In this document: piece by piece, positions 15,060 to 29,555 of the stretch
How positions within the stretch are numbered: position 1 is the first letter of the stretch
Layout: each line of letters opens with the position of its first letter
Source of the DNA: the human T2T-CHM13v2.0 reference genome, Homo sapiens
DNA length: 64,000 nucleotides
Strand: one strand, 5' to 3'
Assembly: GCF_009914755.1 (NCBI RefSeq)
Contig: NC_060932.1
Position numbers and translations under genes: made by a program
Notes under the pieces: model-generated
Told to the model about the DNA's origin: nothing
Database searches by the model: none
The model's input: the letters and a program-made list of their open reading frames with translations, nothing else

Positions 15060-17030
15060 AAAAATTTGAAATATAATATACATATCATAAAATTCACCCT
15101 TATAAAGTGATTTCTTTATACAACTTTATACAACTTAGTGATTTCTAGTGTATTCAAAAAGCTCTGTAACCATCACCACTATCTAATTCCAGAATATTTC
15201 CATCACCTTAAAAAGAAACTGTACCCATTAATAGTCATTTCTTACTTCCTTCTTTTCTAGCCCCTGGACACCATATTCTACTTTCTGTCTCTATGGATTT
15301 GCTTATCCTATCTCTATGGATTTGTCCTATAATGGACATTTCATATAATTGAAATCATACAATCTGTGCCCTTTTTTGTCTGACTTCTTTAGCTTTACAT
15401 AATGTTCTCAAGGTTCATTCATGTAGTAACATATATCATTTATTCATTCTGCTTTATGATTGAATAATATTCCATTGTGTGCATATACTATATTTTGTTT
15501 ATCCATTTATCAATTGATAAACTAGAATAATTCCACTTTTTGGCTATTGCGAATAACACTTCTATCAACATTCATGTATAAGTTTTGTGTGAACATATAT
15601 TTTTAATACTCTTGTATGGATACCTAGGAATGGGATTACTGGATCATATGATAACTCTACCTTTGAGTTTTTGAGGAACTGCCAAACTTTTTCACAGCAG
15701 CTATGAACCATTTTACATTCTCAGCAATATATGGAGGTTCAAGTTTCTTAACCTTCTAGTCAACATTTTAATTTGCAGTTGCCTAATTTTGAGTTATTTA
15801 TCTTTTTATTGCTGAGTTGTAATAATTTTTCATATATTGTAGATATTAGATCCTTATCAGAGATATACTTTGGAAATATTTTCTCCTATTATGTGGGTTG
15901 CATTTTTACTTTCTTTATAGTATCCTGTAACATGTACAAGTTTTTAGTTTTGAACTCCAACTTACCTTTTTCTGTTTTTGGTTGGCTGTGCTTTAGCTGT
16001 CTTATCAAAAAATATTTCTCTAATCCAATGTCATGGAAAATTATACCTATGTTTTCTTCTAAGATTGTCATAGTTTTAATTCTTACACTTATATTTGTGA
16101 TCTATTATTAAATTAATATTTGTATATGGTAAAGTAGAGGTCCAATCCACTTCTTTTTGCATGTAGATAATGATTGTTTCAGCATTTGTTGAAATAACTG
16201 TTCTTTTTGGCACTCTTGTTGAAATTCAATTGACCATGGATATATGAGTTTGTTTCTGGACTCTCCATTATAGTTTACTGACCTTTATGCTTATCCTATG
16301 CCAATACCACACTGTTTTTATTATTGTAACTTTGTAGTAAATTTTGAAATCAGTAAGATTAAGTCCTACTAACTTTTGTTCTTTTTCAGGATTGTTTTGG
16401 CTTTGCTGGGTCCCTTGGATTTTCATACGATCTTATAGATAAACTTGTCTATTTCTGTAAAAAAGATAAAAGGCAGTTGAAATTTGTGGAGGAATTGTAT
16501 TTAACCTGTAGATTAATTTGAGAGGATTACCATCTTCACAACATTAATTCTTCGAAACCATGAACATAAACATGTCTGTACTTGCTTAGGTCTTAATTTC
16601 TTTCAACAATGTTTTATAGTTTTCAGTGTACAAACCTTGCTTTTTTTGTTAAATGTGTTCCTAAATACTTTTTTATACTTGATTGCTATTTTAAATGAAG
16701 TTTTTTTTAAATTTAATTTACAGTTTGTTCATTGGTAGTGTATGGAAATACAACTGAACTTTGTGAATTGATCTTGTGTCCTCCAGCTTTGCTGAACTCA
16801 TTACTAACTCTAATAGTTATTTCTTTGTGTGTGGAATCCTTAGGATATCTGCAAGTATTTTTACTTTTTCCTCTGTACTCTTGATGCCTTTTATTTCATT
16901 TTTGCTTACTTCCTCTGACTAGAGCCTCCAGAATAGAAGTGGTTAAAATGGCCATCCTTTCTCGTTCCTGATCTTAGGGGAAAGCTTTTAGTCTTTTACC
17001 ATTAAGTATGATGTTAGCTGTGAAATTTGG
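15060..17030 (-). mobile_element. Old L1M (L1MB-like) 3'UTR and ORF2 end
   Basis: aaccatcaccactatctaattccagaatatttccatcacc 3'UTR; ORF2-like peptide ILEENIG..FHDIG (15889-16071). Confidence 0.85.
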
Positions 17031-17229
17031 ATACCATTTAAATTAAGTTCACTTAACTTGAATTAGATTGTTATAAATTTAGATGTTGATTGTAGTCCCT
17101 GGGGCAACCACTAACAAAATAACTCATCAACTCATCTAAACTACACTCCAAAACCTTGGGAATTTATTGCATGCTTCCCCTTCTCCTGCCATTCTTGATT
17201 TCAGCTATTTTCATTTTTGCTGGGCCTAT

Positions 17230-17913
17230 TGCAGAAACTTTAAAACTATTTCCTGATATTCCATTCTTTCTGTCCTCCAGCTTATCCTCCATACTGAAAG
17301 CAGAAAAATGCATATTTGATCGTATCATCTCACACCATCCTACTACTGCTAATAAATCCTTCAGTGGTTCGGCATTGACTTCAATAACAGATGCAAACTC
17401 CTTGGCTGCCATCTCAGCACCTTTCTTGAAACATCCTATTACCTCCCCTGCTTCTTCTGATGGTCTACCCTTCACATCAGACACATACATTGACACACAC
17501 ACACACACACAAATGCACACACACACATCCTTACTCCTTTAACCATCCTTGTCCTAATCACTTCACAAACATGCCATTCTCTCTCTCTCTCTGTCCTTTC
17601 CATGTGTTGTTTCGTCTGCTGAAACACTTTTATTTTCTCCCTCATCTATGGTGCCTCAAATTTTCAAACTCTCACATTACCTTCTTTAGGAAGCTTGCCT
17701 AGCTTCCCTTTTTCTGTTTGATGGCTTTCTATCCTCCACTTTCCTCTTCTAACCCTCAAGTATAAAATTACACTTTATTTTAATTGTTGATTTACGGGTC
17801 TGCCACTCACCTTGCCCGCTGAGTTTCTTGACATCAAATTCTATTTTTGGTTTCTGGATATCTCAAGCTGAACAGTGATATGGAGTAAATGCTCAAAAAT
17901 ATTTGAATGAATG
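17230..17913 (+). mobile_element. L2 fragment interrupted by an (AC)n tract at about 17493-17526
   Basis: Ends gtaaatgctcaaaaatatttgaatgaatg, the L2 3' tail. Confidence 0.6.
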
Positions 17914-18284
17914 CTTACTACTAATAGTGTACTCATACTGCCCTTCTGGGTATCCAGAATTAAATACTGAGTTTTACTCAGACATTTCTCCATGGAAGGA
18001 CATGGCATCTTGAATCTTTCCTTCTTTTATCCCTCTTTCAGCCCATTCTATCTGCTTGGTTATAATTACTACAGTACACTCTTCACTGAAGAAAAAATAA
18101 AAAAAATTTTGATTTGAACTAAGTGATTTCCCGATTATTTGATTCCTAATCTAAGTTATAATTCTCTGGGTCAATAGTTAAAACTATGCTCAGGGTTTTG
18201 TTTTTATTTTTTTCTTATAAAAGAGTGATTTTTTAATTCAGATAATATAGACACATGAGATATAAATTAAAAGGCTGATTTTAA

Positions 18285-18590
18285 GGCCAGGTGCGGTGGC
18301 TCATGCCTGTAATCCCAGCACTTTGGGAAGCCGAGGCAGGTGGATCACCTGAGATCAGGAGTTTGAAACCAGCCTGGCCAACATGGCAAAACCCTGTCTC
18401 TACCAAAAATACAAAAATTAGCCAGGTGTGGTGGTGGTTGCCCATAAGCCCAGCTACTTGGGAGGCTGAGGCAGGAGAATCACCTGAACCCCGGAGGCAG
18501 AGGTTGCGGTGAGCCAAGATCATGCCACTGCACTCCAGTCTGAGCAACAGAGTGAGACTGTTTCTTCATAATAATAATAATAGAAATAAA
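18285..18590 (+). mobile_element. Alu (AluSx-like)
   Basis: Full dimer; TSD aaaaggctgattttaa / aaaaggctaatttttaa. Confidence 0.95.
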
Positions 18591-20518
18591 AAGGCTAATT
18601 TTAATGTTAATCTCATTTTCCTGAGGCCCACTGGAAAGAATGCAGTGGTGGCAGGGCTAGCCAAAATGAGATAAAAGGATCACAGTTTCTCCAGGTAAGG
18701 CAAAGTATCCGTTGTCAGTGCAGAACAGGAGTAGCCATTGTCTGGCACCCCAGTGGATCCCCAAGGACACAGACTTTCATTGTGTGGTTTAGGGAAAGGC
18801 AGAAATTATATTGTAGAGATTCAGCAATTCCAATGACAGATTCAGAGACTTGATTGTGTTCCATCAAGGTACCCTGGATGATAGTCTTATGAATCACTCC
18901 CTATTGAAGCAGTAGATCTGACTCTAGTCATTAAGGGATTCATTTGCTTTTGCATAACAAACCCACCAATCCCTTTGTAACATATTGCTACCTCACTTTC
19001 ACATTTCAAATATAGACTTGTGCCTACATTCAAACTGATGAATTGGAATCAAATTAAGTTACCCGTCTTTAACTAACATCAGGTGGAGTGTCTTGCCCCC
19101 TCTACCCACTAAATCTTTTATTACTTTGGGGAAGGGACACTGGCAAGCCCCAGATATTGACTTCAGCTTTCTCTTCTGAAGATATTTCATTTTTGGTGAA
19201 CTCTTAAAGCCATCTTAGATTAATACCAAATAGGAGAATTTTGGGCCCTGTGGCAGGTTGACAAAACTTCCTGGTACTTCATGTCATAAACACTGGATCA
19301 TAATGGCTCTTTAATAACCTGAAAATGTTGACATAAACCCATGGCTTATGGCATTACCTAGAGTCATTTAGATACTGAGCTAATTCAAAATTTGTTAGGC
19401 AAATGTGTATACCATTATGATAGGATATTTAAGCCCTTAGTAAATAAAACTGTACTTATATTTTGCAAATATAAATGTAACATCAAGCAGCTATGCTTAG
19501 TCAGTTTTCTAATTGGGAAATATCCGTGAATTATAAAGCATGACTTAAAATATTTAATTTGTAATTAGCGTAGAATTACAAAGATAATTCATAAACTCAC
19601 TGTTTACAGATGAGATTTTAATTGTGCTTTTTAAGGCTTAAATATCTCTATCATATGGCATATTTAATGAGTCAGAACAATTTGGAAGTAATTATTATTA
19701 TGAAAAAATAATTCTGTGGCCTAGATAGGTACTGCAGATGATATGGGCTTACTGACGAAAATTAAAAATTGGAAGTAAGAGCTTATAGAAAATGTGACAC
19801 TAGCATAAACTAAGAAATATAGAGAGAAGGAAGGAAAGCCTGTAAATGCTTGACATTTTATGAGATATTTCATTTACTGTGTCACATTAGACTGATGATC
19901 TAATTCAACTTCCTTGTTTCACGAATAGAGAATAAACTTGAGATTCTTCAAATGGCCAGACGAGGATCACACAACTTACTGACACCATCCTGGGGTAGAA
20001 CCCAAGTTTCTAAGCCATCAATTTTATGTTGTCCCCATAGGAAACTCTCATTATGAAACAACTTCTCAGATGCCTATTGATCTGGGTTTAAAAAATACTT
20101 AAACATTGTCAGAATGTGTTATATGTAGTCTTAAGTATCTCAGAGTTTCAAACATAAATGTTCTTGAGGTCATATCTTTTCCTTCATGATATGAAGAAAA
20201 AAATAAAATATTCTTCCTAACAAAGAAAGTGGAAGTATAAAGTCTATTGGAAATCACCTTTCTCTTATGTTGATGTATAAACAGAATTCCATATCTTGTC
20301 TGGTTATAAGCACTATCAGGACAATTTTTATTTCAATAGTTAAAATTGTACATAATAAAGAATTATAATAGCTACTTAAAACACTAAAAGTTAATGTGGC
20401 TTTTTATAGGTTTAGGAGAACAAATACTGAACTCTTTTGTGGGAAAACTCAGAGCATTCATTGTTCCGGTTATATCTGAAGTTATTTACAAGTATAATTC
20501 ATGAACTTCTATTTTATC

Positions 20519-21234
20519 TGTTAAACAAAATTATAGGAGGCCATTGTTTTGGACTGAGCTCCTGTTCTGGGCCCCAACAAACCAGACCAAACCAAAATGG
20601 AGTCACTCATGCTAAATGCCAAATAATCAAACGGAAACTTTAAAGGAGCATATGCAGTCCCAAGCAGACCAGTTTTTCCTCAAAATAGGAGATTCTATTC
20701 TATCCGAATCAGCTTAATAAGGAAGTCCAGTCTGCTTTGCCCCTTACAAAAAAAAGTAATCTAGGGCTGGGCGTGGTGGCTTATACCTGTAATCCCAGCA
20801 CTTTGGGAGGCCGGGGTGGGCGGATCACCTGAGGTCAGAGGTGATCAACATGGTGAAACCTAGTCTCTACTAAAAATACAAAAATTAGCTGGGTGTGGTG
20901 GCCCACACCTGTAATCCCAGCTACTTGGGAGGCTGAGGCAGGAGAATCACTTCAACCTGGGAGGTGGAGGTTGCAGTGAGCCAAGATCACACCACTGCAC
21001 TCTACCCTGGGGGACAGAGTGAAACTCTGTCTCAGAAAAAAAAAAAAAAAAGCAACCCAGTGTTAACCAATCCATTTTTTCCTTATTCCCACTTTTTAAA
21101 AAAACCACTGTTCTGCTATAGCCCAGTGGGAGCTCTCATTCTTTTTTATAAAACGGAGGCTACTTGATTCATGTGTCTCAAATAAAAGCCAATTATATCT
21201 ATCACTAAATTTGTTGTAATTTTATCTTTTGACA
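20519..21234 (+). mobile_element. ERV1 solo LTR (MER57-like) with a nested Alu
   Basis: TG...CA termini; 4-bp TSD tatc (20515-18 / 21235-38); ggaggccattgttttggactgagctcctg..ccaaaatggagtcactcatgct; AATAAA at 21181. Confidence 0.85.
20765..21051 (+). mobile_element. Alu nested in the LTR, short deletion in left monomer
   Basis: Alu dimer; TSD-like aaaagtaatcta / aaaagcaaccca. Confidence 0.95.
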
Positions 21235-21684
21235 TATCCTAAGCCATCCATGCTTTATAACTTGTAATTCTCTAAAACATATTTTGTGATTCTTGGTATT
21301 TATACCAAGAATTTCTCTCTCTCTCTGTAACTCTCTCACTCACCCACTCTCTCTCTCTTTAATTTACCCTCTGGTCCCTATCTGATTATTTGGCAAATAG
21401 GACTGCGAATACTCCCTCTGTCTCTTCAAGCTGCTCTCATCAAAAGAAGGAATTTACACATATTACATAATGGACAGAAATGTTTTTGCCCCAATTTTCT
21501 CTTAGTTTAAAGGTGCTTCTTTTCTTAAAGGGAAATTTGCATTTTTCATTTCATGTTTCCCTTTAAGAACATACTTACATACTTTTGTGTCCACATTGAT
21601 AAATTTATTTGAAATACTGCTCTTTGGGGATCATTCCCTAATTGCATGTATTCAGCTATAAATATTGATAAATATAACAAAATT

Positions 21685-22024
<340 letters not shown>

Positions 22025-22924
22025 TCACAGATAAAATAGATACTCAATAATCATTATAGAGACTAGCATGCACTGCTATTTAGATATACATATTTAATAA
22101 GTCATACTGGCTCTTTAGCTGTACCTAAAACATGCCAAATCCATTTTTGTGTCAGGGCCTTTATTCATTATTCTTTCTTCCTTTGATAAAAAAAAATACT
22201 TCTTTCTATGCTAAATGGGATATTTTGTAGATCATAAATTCGTTAGTAAAACTCTGAAGAAGGTACTACTGCTTTCTCCATTTTACAGATATAAAACTAA
22301 GGCAGAGACCTTTAGCTTTTGAAGGATTAAATGAGATAAAGTACTTAGAACAAAGTTTAAAATGTAGTAAGCAATATAAATATTACTGTATATAAATGTG
22401 AATCAATAAATATTAGCTTTTATGATCTGATATGTAAATTTTTTGCATTTCTGTAATTCTTTTCCCAAAGTCACTTTACAAAACACAATTTTCTTAGCTG
22501 ATGAAAGAATTTTTATAAGCTTCCAGCCCAAAGCTCTTCTGTAGGCAAGCTGTAAAACCATCATTCAGAAGTTTTAACTGTTTACCCTGAATCCTTTTAA
22601 CCATAACTCCGGTTTTTGTACTATAGTGATTAGCAGCAGTCAACTGATAGGATGTGATTGGAACAGTTGTGAGGGAAAAGAAAAAAAAAAAAACCTTCTG
22701 ACTTGAATGGATCATAATAATGACCTGCCACCCTAAGTCACCAGGAAGCACTTAAATTATCTTTATTTTAGTCCATTAAAAAAGCAAAGGTATATGTAAT
22801 TATATGCTTTAGAAGTTCTACCTGAGCTGCTGAATACCCTGTCATGTTTTCAATACAACTTTTAAAATCCATAAATACTTCAGAAGAAAGTTTAAATTGT
22901 CCCCTTTCATGTTTTCTGCCTAAG

Positions 22925-23228
22925 TATAATTTTCCTAGATAGGCCTTTCCTGATCACCACATCTAAAATAGATGTAACCCTGTAACCCACTAGCCCCTTA
23001 CATACTTGCTGTATTTTTCTTCATAGCATTTATGATTTCTTAATATTATATATCCCTGTTATTTAGTTGTTATTGTCTTTTTCCTCCCCTAGGATATAAA
23101 TCAGAACAGCTTTTTGTGACAATTGCGGTGAAACAGCTTTTCCTGGTTTTGTGCTATATTCATGGCACTTAGAACAGTGCCTCTCATATATAGACATTCA
23201 AATATGTGTTGAATGAATGAATGAATAA
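22925..23228 (+). mobile_element. L2a-like 3' end
   Basis: aggcctttcctgatcacc...agaacagtgcct...gttgaatgaatgaatgaat. Confidence 0.75.
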
Positions 23229-23843
23229 GGAATAGAAAACCACCAAGGAACACAGCAGGAAGCAATGATTTACATTTATACTATCTACTATAATTTTAGG
23301 AATCTCAAACAATTTTTCTTAAAGCCTCTATTATTCAACATTTACTGATATTTGCAAAAAGTTTATAGCAAATCTTAGTGTAATCTCAAAGATACATTGG
23401 GTAAACTTGCATTATTCATAATGTAGACTAGGCAAATATAAACACAGTACATGAAGATACTAAGTGATAAGCCCAAGCTTGAACAGCTTGTCTGCCTTAA
23501 AAGCAGTCAACATATTTCAACTGCTGCTACTAAAAGTTTCATTTTATTTATTATATAAAAAAGTGAAGACGTCCCAATATTTTTTCTCTGTCACCTCTGT
23601 ATATATAGTTTATTTTATAGCCTTCACCTTACTTAATTTTATATCTTGGGACTAAGGCTACTATTTTCCAAATAAACGTGCTCATATATCTAAAACAACA
23701 GTAAATGCTACGTATAAATATGATAAACAAATTCAGGTTAATGAGACTTGAATAAGATTGAGAAAAAAGGAAAATATTTAAAATAGTACATCTTTTTAGA
23801 AATACTTACATATTGATTTCCTCATTTATTCAATTAGTCAATC

Positions 23844-23846
<3 letters not shown>

Positions 23847-23875
<29 letters not shown>
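23847..23875. repeat. (AT)14 microsatellite
   Basis: Perfect AT run. Confidence 0.95.
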
Positions 23876-24340
23876 CTTTCTAACAAACAGTATTATTAAA
23901 AGACAACTAAATGATAGAATATATGTTAATGAAACAAAGATAAATAATATTGTCTCATCTCTAGAGGGACTTCAGTGGGGGAAGACAGGAATATCAAATA
24001 TGTGTGAATGTGTCTGCACACACACATACACCATATATATATTTAGTGTTCTGTCCTGTTCACCATCTGCTACTGCTTCCCACACAAGTTCTTCTATCCT
24101 CTGAAAGCTCTATTCTTCTATCCACCTGACTGCTAACCAAATGATCTCACCTCTAAGGGAACTGGAGGCCATACATTTGCTTAGTCATAAGTACCACTGT
24201 TTCCCATTTTCCCATTTCCGTATTTAAAAAGTGTTTCTCTATCTGCATCCAAGATCACCTCATTTTGTCAAGCCTCAGAGGAGGTTTTCTCCTCTTTTTC
24301 TGGACTAGGATCATCCTTCCATCTATATCCCCCACCTCTA

Positions 24341-25021
<681 letters not shown>

Positions 25022-25129
25022 TCTCTTTTCATCTTTTATGTATTTTTTTAGCTTTTCTCTCTCTACTGGCTCTTTCCCATACCCTGTATTTCACCTCTGG
25101 GTTGTTTTTTCATAGTTCATCTGTGTGCA

Positions 25130-25315
25130 GCCCATACCAGTTTGCATCTGAGAGTCCATTGTGAGCATCTCTTCCCAACATTGCATTTGGTGTCACACTG
25201 GTAGATTGAAATTGCCCTCACTATAGTGGGGTTATTTATGTGTGGGAAATTGGCAAATTCTATGAATCAAATTCCCCTCCACTCTCCAGCACCGGTTGTT
25301 AAACATTTACAGGCA
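25130..25315. mobile_element. hAT-Tip100-like (Arthur1-like) DNA transposon fragment
   Basis: ggaaattggcaaat..ccggttgttaaacatttac resembles a recalled consensus. Confidence 0.45.
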
Positions 25316-26741
25316 AACTGCTGCTGTAGTCCCTCACCTTCCCTTAAAACCATGTTCTGGAAAAGAGTATACTCTAAATCTATCAGCTTCTTCACTTCAC
25401 ATCAAATCTCTGAAACTAGACAGCTTCCCTTGCCTCTACTGGAAGTCCTATACCCTGGGAGTCATCTTAGACTCCTTGCTTTTCTTCACTCTGCAAATCC
25501 AGTCAGTCCCTGACTATCTTTCTGTCCCTCCTCCTCCATCACTCCATTCTCACTCCCAGCTACCTTCTTTCAGGTCTTTACCATTTCTTACATAGATTGT
25601 TATAATCTTTTCCCAGTTTGTCCTCCTGCCTTCTGTCAGACTCAGCCCATTCTTCCCAATGCCACTGGAATGGTGTGTTTTAAACATTTAAACCTGATCA
25701 AGTTTCTTCCCTACTCAAAATCCTTCCCTGGCTCTTCACAGCCTCTGGGATAATGTCTTTATTATATAATACTTTGTCATTTCCAAATAGCAGAGGACCA
25801 TGTCCAGATCGCTTAAGCAAAATGGAACTAATGGCAACTGAATATTCTAGAGAATGGATCTAGGTTGAATGATGTCAATGGGAATTTGTTTCTCTTCATA
25901 TTTCAGTTCTGCTTTCCGTTGTGTTGGTTTCAGTCTCAGGTTCGGTGTGATAGCAAGGATGGTGGCTGCCACTGCAGCTGTATAATGTCTCAACTTTAAC
26001 ATATAGCAAGAAAGAAACTAGAAACTCCAACCTTCCCATGAAGAGATTCATAATTATCTCATTGCAACTGGGCCATGTGCCTACCCCAAAGGAATCACCA
26101 TTGCTAGTAAATTGTAATATGTTGATTGGCCTGTATCCAAGCCACATGAAAGTTAAGGAAGGTGTATCCTCAAATGGAAATTCAAACTCTTGCTGGAAGA
26201 ATGGACAGTAGGAAAGCGACTACTTATAATGAAAGCATCTAATATGTATTTAGCGCTTTGTATATCTCGGGTAGTGCTTCAGTGTTTTGCATGTGTTAAC
26301 TTAATTTTTAAAACAACATCATGAGGAAGGGAGAAAACTGATATACAGAAGGCTTAGGTAGTTTAACTAAGTTAGACACAGCAAATTACTGGTGTTTATT
26401 GCAAAATACAAATTTCTGAGTATGGGCCTTCCTTTACTTTCTTACCTAATAAATTCCTGAGAATATTTGTAAGCCAGATGACTGGTAGTTCAGAAACTAA
26501 CTTAAATAATATAAAGTGAATGTGTTACATTTTTAAAGAGCTAAAAACCACTGGAGATTTCTCACATTCCCTGTCTTCCACAGCACCAGATGACTTTTAG
26601 AGTGCATAGAAATGTCAAAATGGGTGGGGTTCCCTGGTTTTAGGAGGTTAATAGCTCAGGATTGGGTTGGGGTGGAGATGTTAAGTCCCCAGCTGCTTGC
26701 AGCAGATATCTGCTTCCCACGAACTACAGTTTCTCTCCTAA

Positions 26742-27103
<362 letters not shown>

Positions 27104-27379
27104 AATTTTTTTAAACTTCTACTTGAGTGAAAAGGCAATTACATAGGATTCCGGCCTTTCTCCCAGTAGAAGCAGTGGACAGGAAGAATTTAGCCAGCTG
27201 ATGCATGAAAAGTGAAATTTTGTATATTATGTGTAACACTCTTGTATTCCTTTCCAGTCTTACATCTTACCACATACCCCTCACATTCATCCTTTATTGT
27301 AAAATCCCGTATGCCTTTCTCTTACATGCCTTTCACAATTCTTTTGTGTCTTGACAAATTCTACACCATCTGCATCTGA

Positions 27380-27730
27380 CACATCATCTCTCAAAAGTTG
27401 TGTCAAGTGTCGTCTTCTCAGTGAACACCTTCCTGGAATCACCCTCCTTGTGAGGAAACAGCTGTGCTTCCTTTTGTCCAATTGCACTTAAAAGAACATT
27501 TGCCATAGTTTCTGTAACTAATTACTGTGTTTCTGTATTTATGTTTGTCTGCTTCTCTTATGCTGCAAGATCCTTGAAAGCAGGGAGCCTATTTTATTAT
27601 TTCTTATATCCTTAGAAAAGTGCCTGACACACAGCAGGTGCTCAATAAATGTTAGAGAAATTAATGAATGACATAAGAACACATAGCAGGTGCTCAATAA
27701 ATATTAGATAAGTGAATGAATAACATAAGA
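27380..27730 (+). mobile_element. L2 3' end with tandem duplication of the terminal 52 bp or so
   Basis: agcaggtgctcaataaat occurs twice (27627-78, 27679-730). Confidence 0.75.
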
Positions 27731-29223
27731 GATATGCAGAAAATATAACAAGGACTCCTAATTGGCAGGAATTAAAGCTGGTTAGAGCTAGGAGGGATGT
27801 GTTGGGCAAAGCTTCTCACTCTAAGATTCTAGATTTGAGACCATTAAACACATATATTCCTGCAATAAAGATAGCCTTTGCTATCCAAATATTTACTGTC
27901 ACATTTTGCTAGAATTTTCACAAAAGTTTTAGTATCCAAATAGAAAATTCTATCATAACATTTATATAAGTGCAAGAATGGAAATGTTTAAGTCGTAGGT
28001 GAGTCCATGTAGGAGGATATAGAGTATCTCCATATAGAATCATGCCAGTGTCTTCTAAGGAAGTAGAAAAGCCTGTGAAGAAAGTTGGTGAGTACAAGAG
28101 GTCTAGAAAATCCCATGTATTAAAAGAAATATTGGTGCATAAAATATACAGAGAAAGATTAACACATAAAACATACGTTTGATCATGCACATGGCTCTCT
28201 CTATAATGCTTGTATTTTCCACATGTAAGACAATTTTAAAATATATTATGATTATTGGTTTTTTGAAAGCTTCCCTGTGTCACTCAAGCATAATATGGTA
28301 TGTTTGAGAAGCTAGAGACCTATCTCATGTGGTGGGTAGACAATCAGAAAAATTGAAACCATGGATTACCTACTGATGGCGCTGTAATTCTTTGAAGATC
28401 TGAAGGAGATGAAAAAATTTGATCATTCGGTAAAAAGTTGACTTTCAGCTGAAATTCTGGACTAGTACAAAAGATTTTAAAACTATGTAAGATAGATGGA
28501 ATCATTGGAATGAAGATCATAGAGGAGGGAACATCTTGGTAATGGGGTTGCAGCAGTTTATTCCACCCCCCCTACCGCCGCCAGTGAATTGAAGAAAACT
28601 ATCGACAAAGGTAGCAAACAAATTTTCAGTAATATAAATTTTCTTGATATAATTTGGCTTTTTATAAATAAGTGTTATCAGAAGATAATGAAAAAGAGCT
28701 AGAATATTACGCATCCAAAGATAGGTTAGCATAACTTTTAAGTGAAAATTGTGGAGGCGATAGTAAACTAAAACCTCTCTACTTGTGTAAATCTGAACAG
28801 CCGGGACTATTAAAGAAATGTGGAAGGGTAAAGTGTCTATTATGTGGTTCTTAAATCTAAAACTTGGTTGAAAAAGGAAGCATTCAGTCATTTTTCAAGG
28901 AGTCATTGTTTCCAGTGGTCCATTTTTTAGGGGTATAGAATCTTAGAACATAAAGAATTGTGGCTGAGGTTTGGGTAAATTTCATTTAATAAAATAAATG
29001 GTTAATAAAGTTGCTGTGAAGAAACCTAGTTTGGATGATAAACTAAGAAAATTTCTTTTTTTTTTCACATCAGCATGAATATCTGAATTATTTTTCCATC
29101 CCTAATTCATTTTGCCAGTGGCAACATCATTTCTCCAAGGATGCTGTGGCTTCACTGAATCTTCAGTGGTACTCTCTGAGGTTTAGAGGCCCTTTCTGTT
29201 GAGTTCCAAAAAATGGAAGCTCT

Positions 29224-29555
<332 letters not shown>

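Noticed and set aside
17156-17702. Overlapping 120-128 aa ORFs on both strands
   Set aside because: Lie in an L2 remnant and (AC)n tract; no recognisable domain or splice support
28517-28891. 124-aa minus-strand ORF (and the 113-aa ORF at 39766-40107)
   Set aside because: AT-biased composition with no recognisable family; lengths compatible with chance in 64 kb
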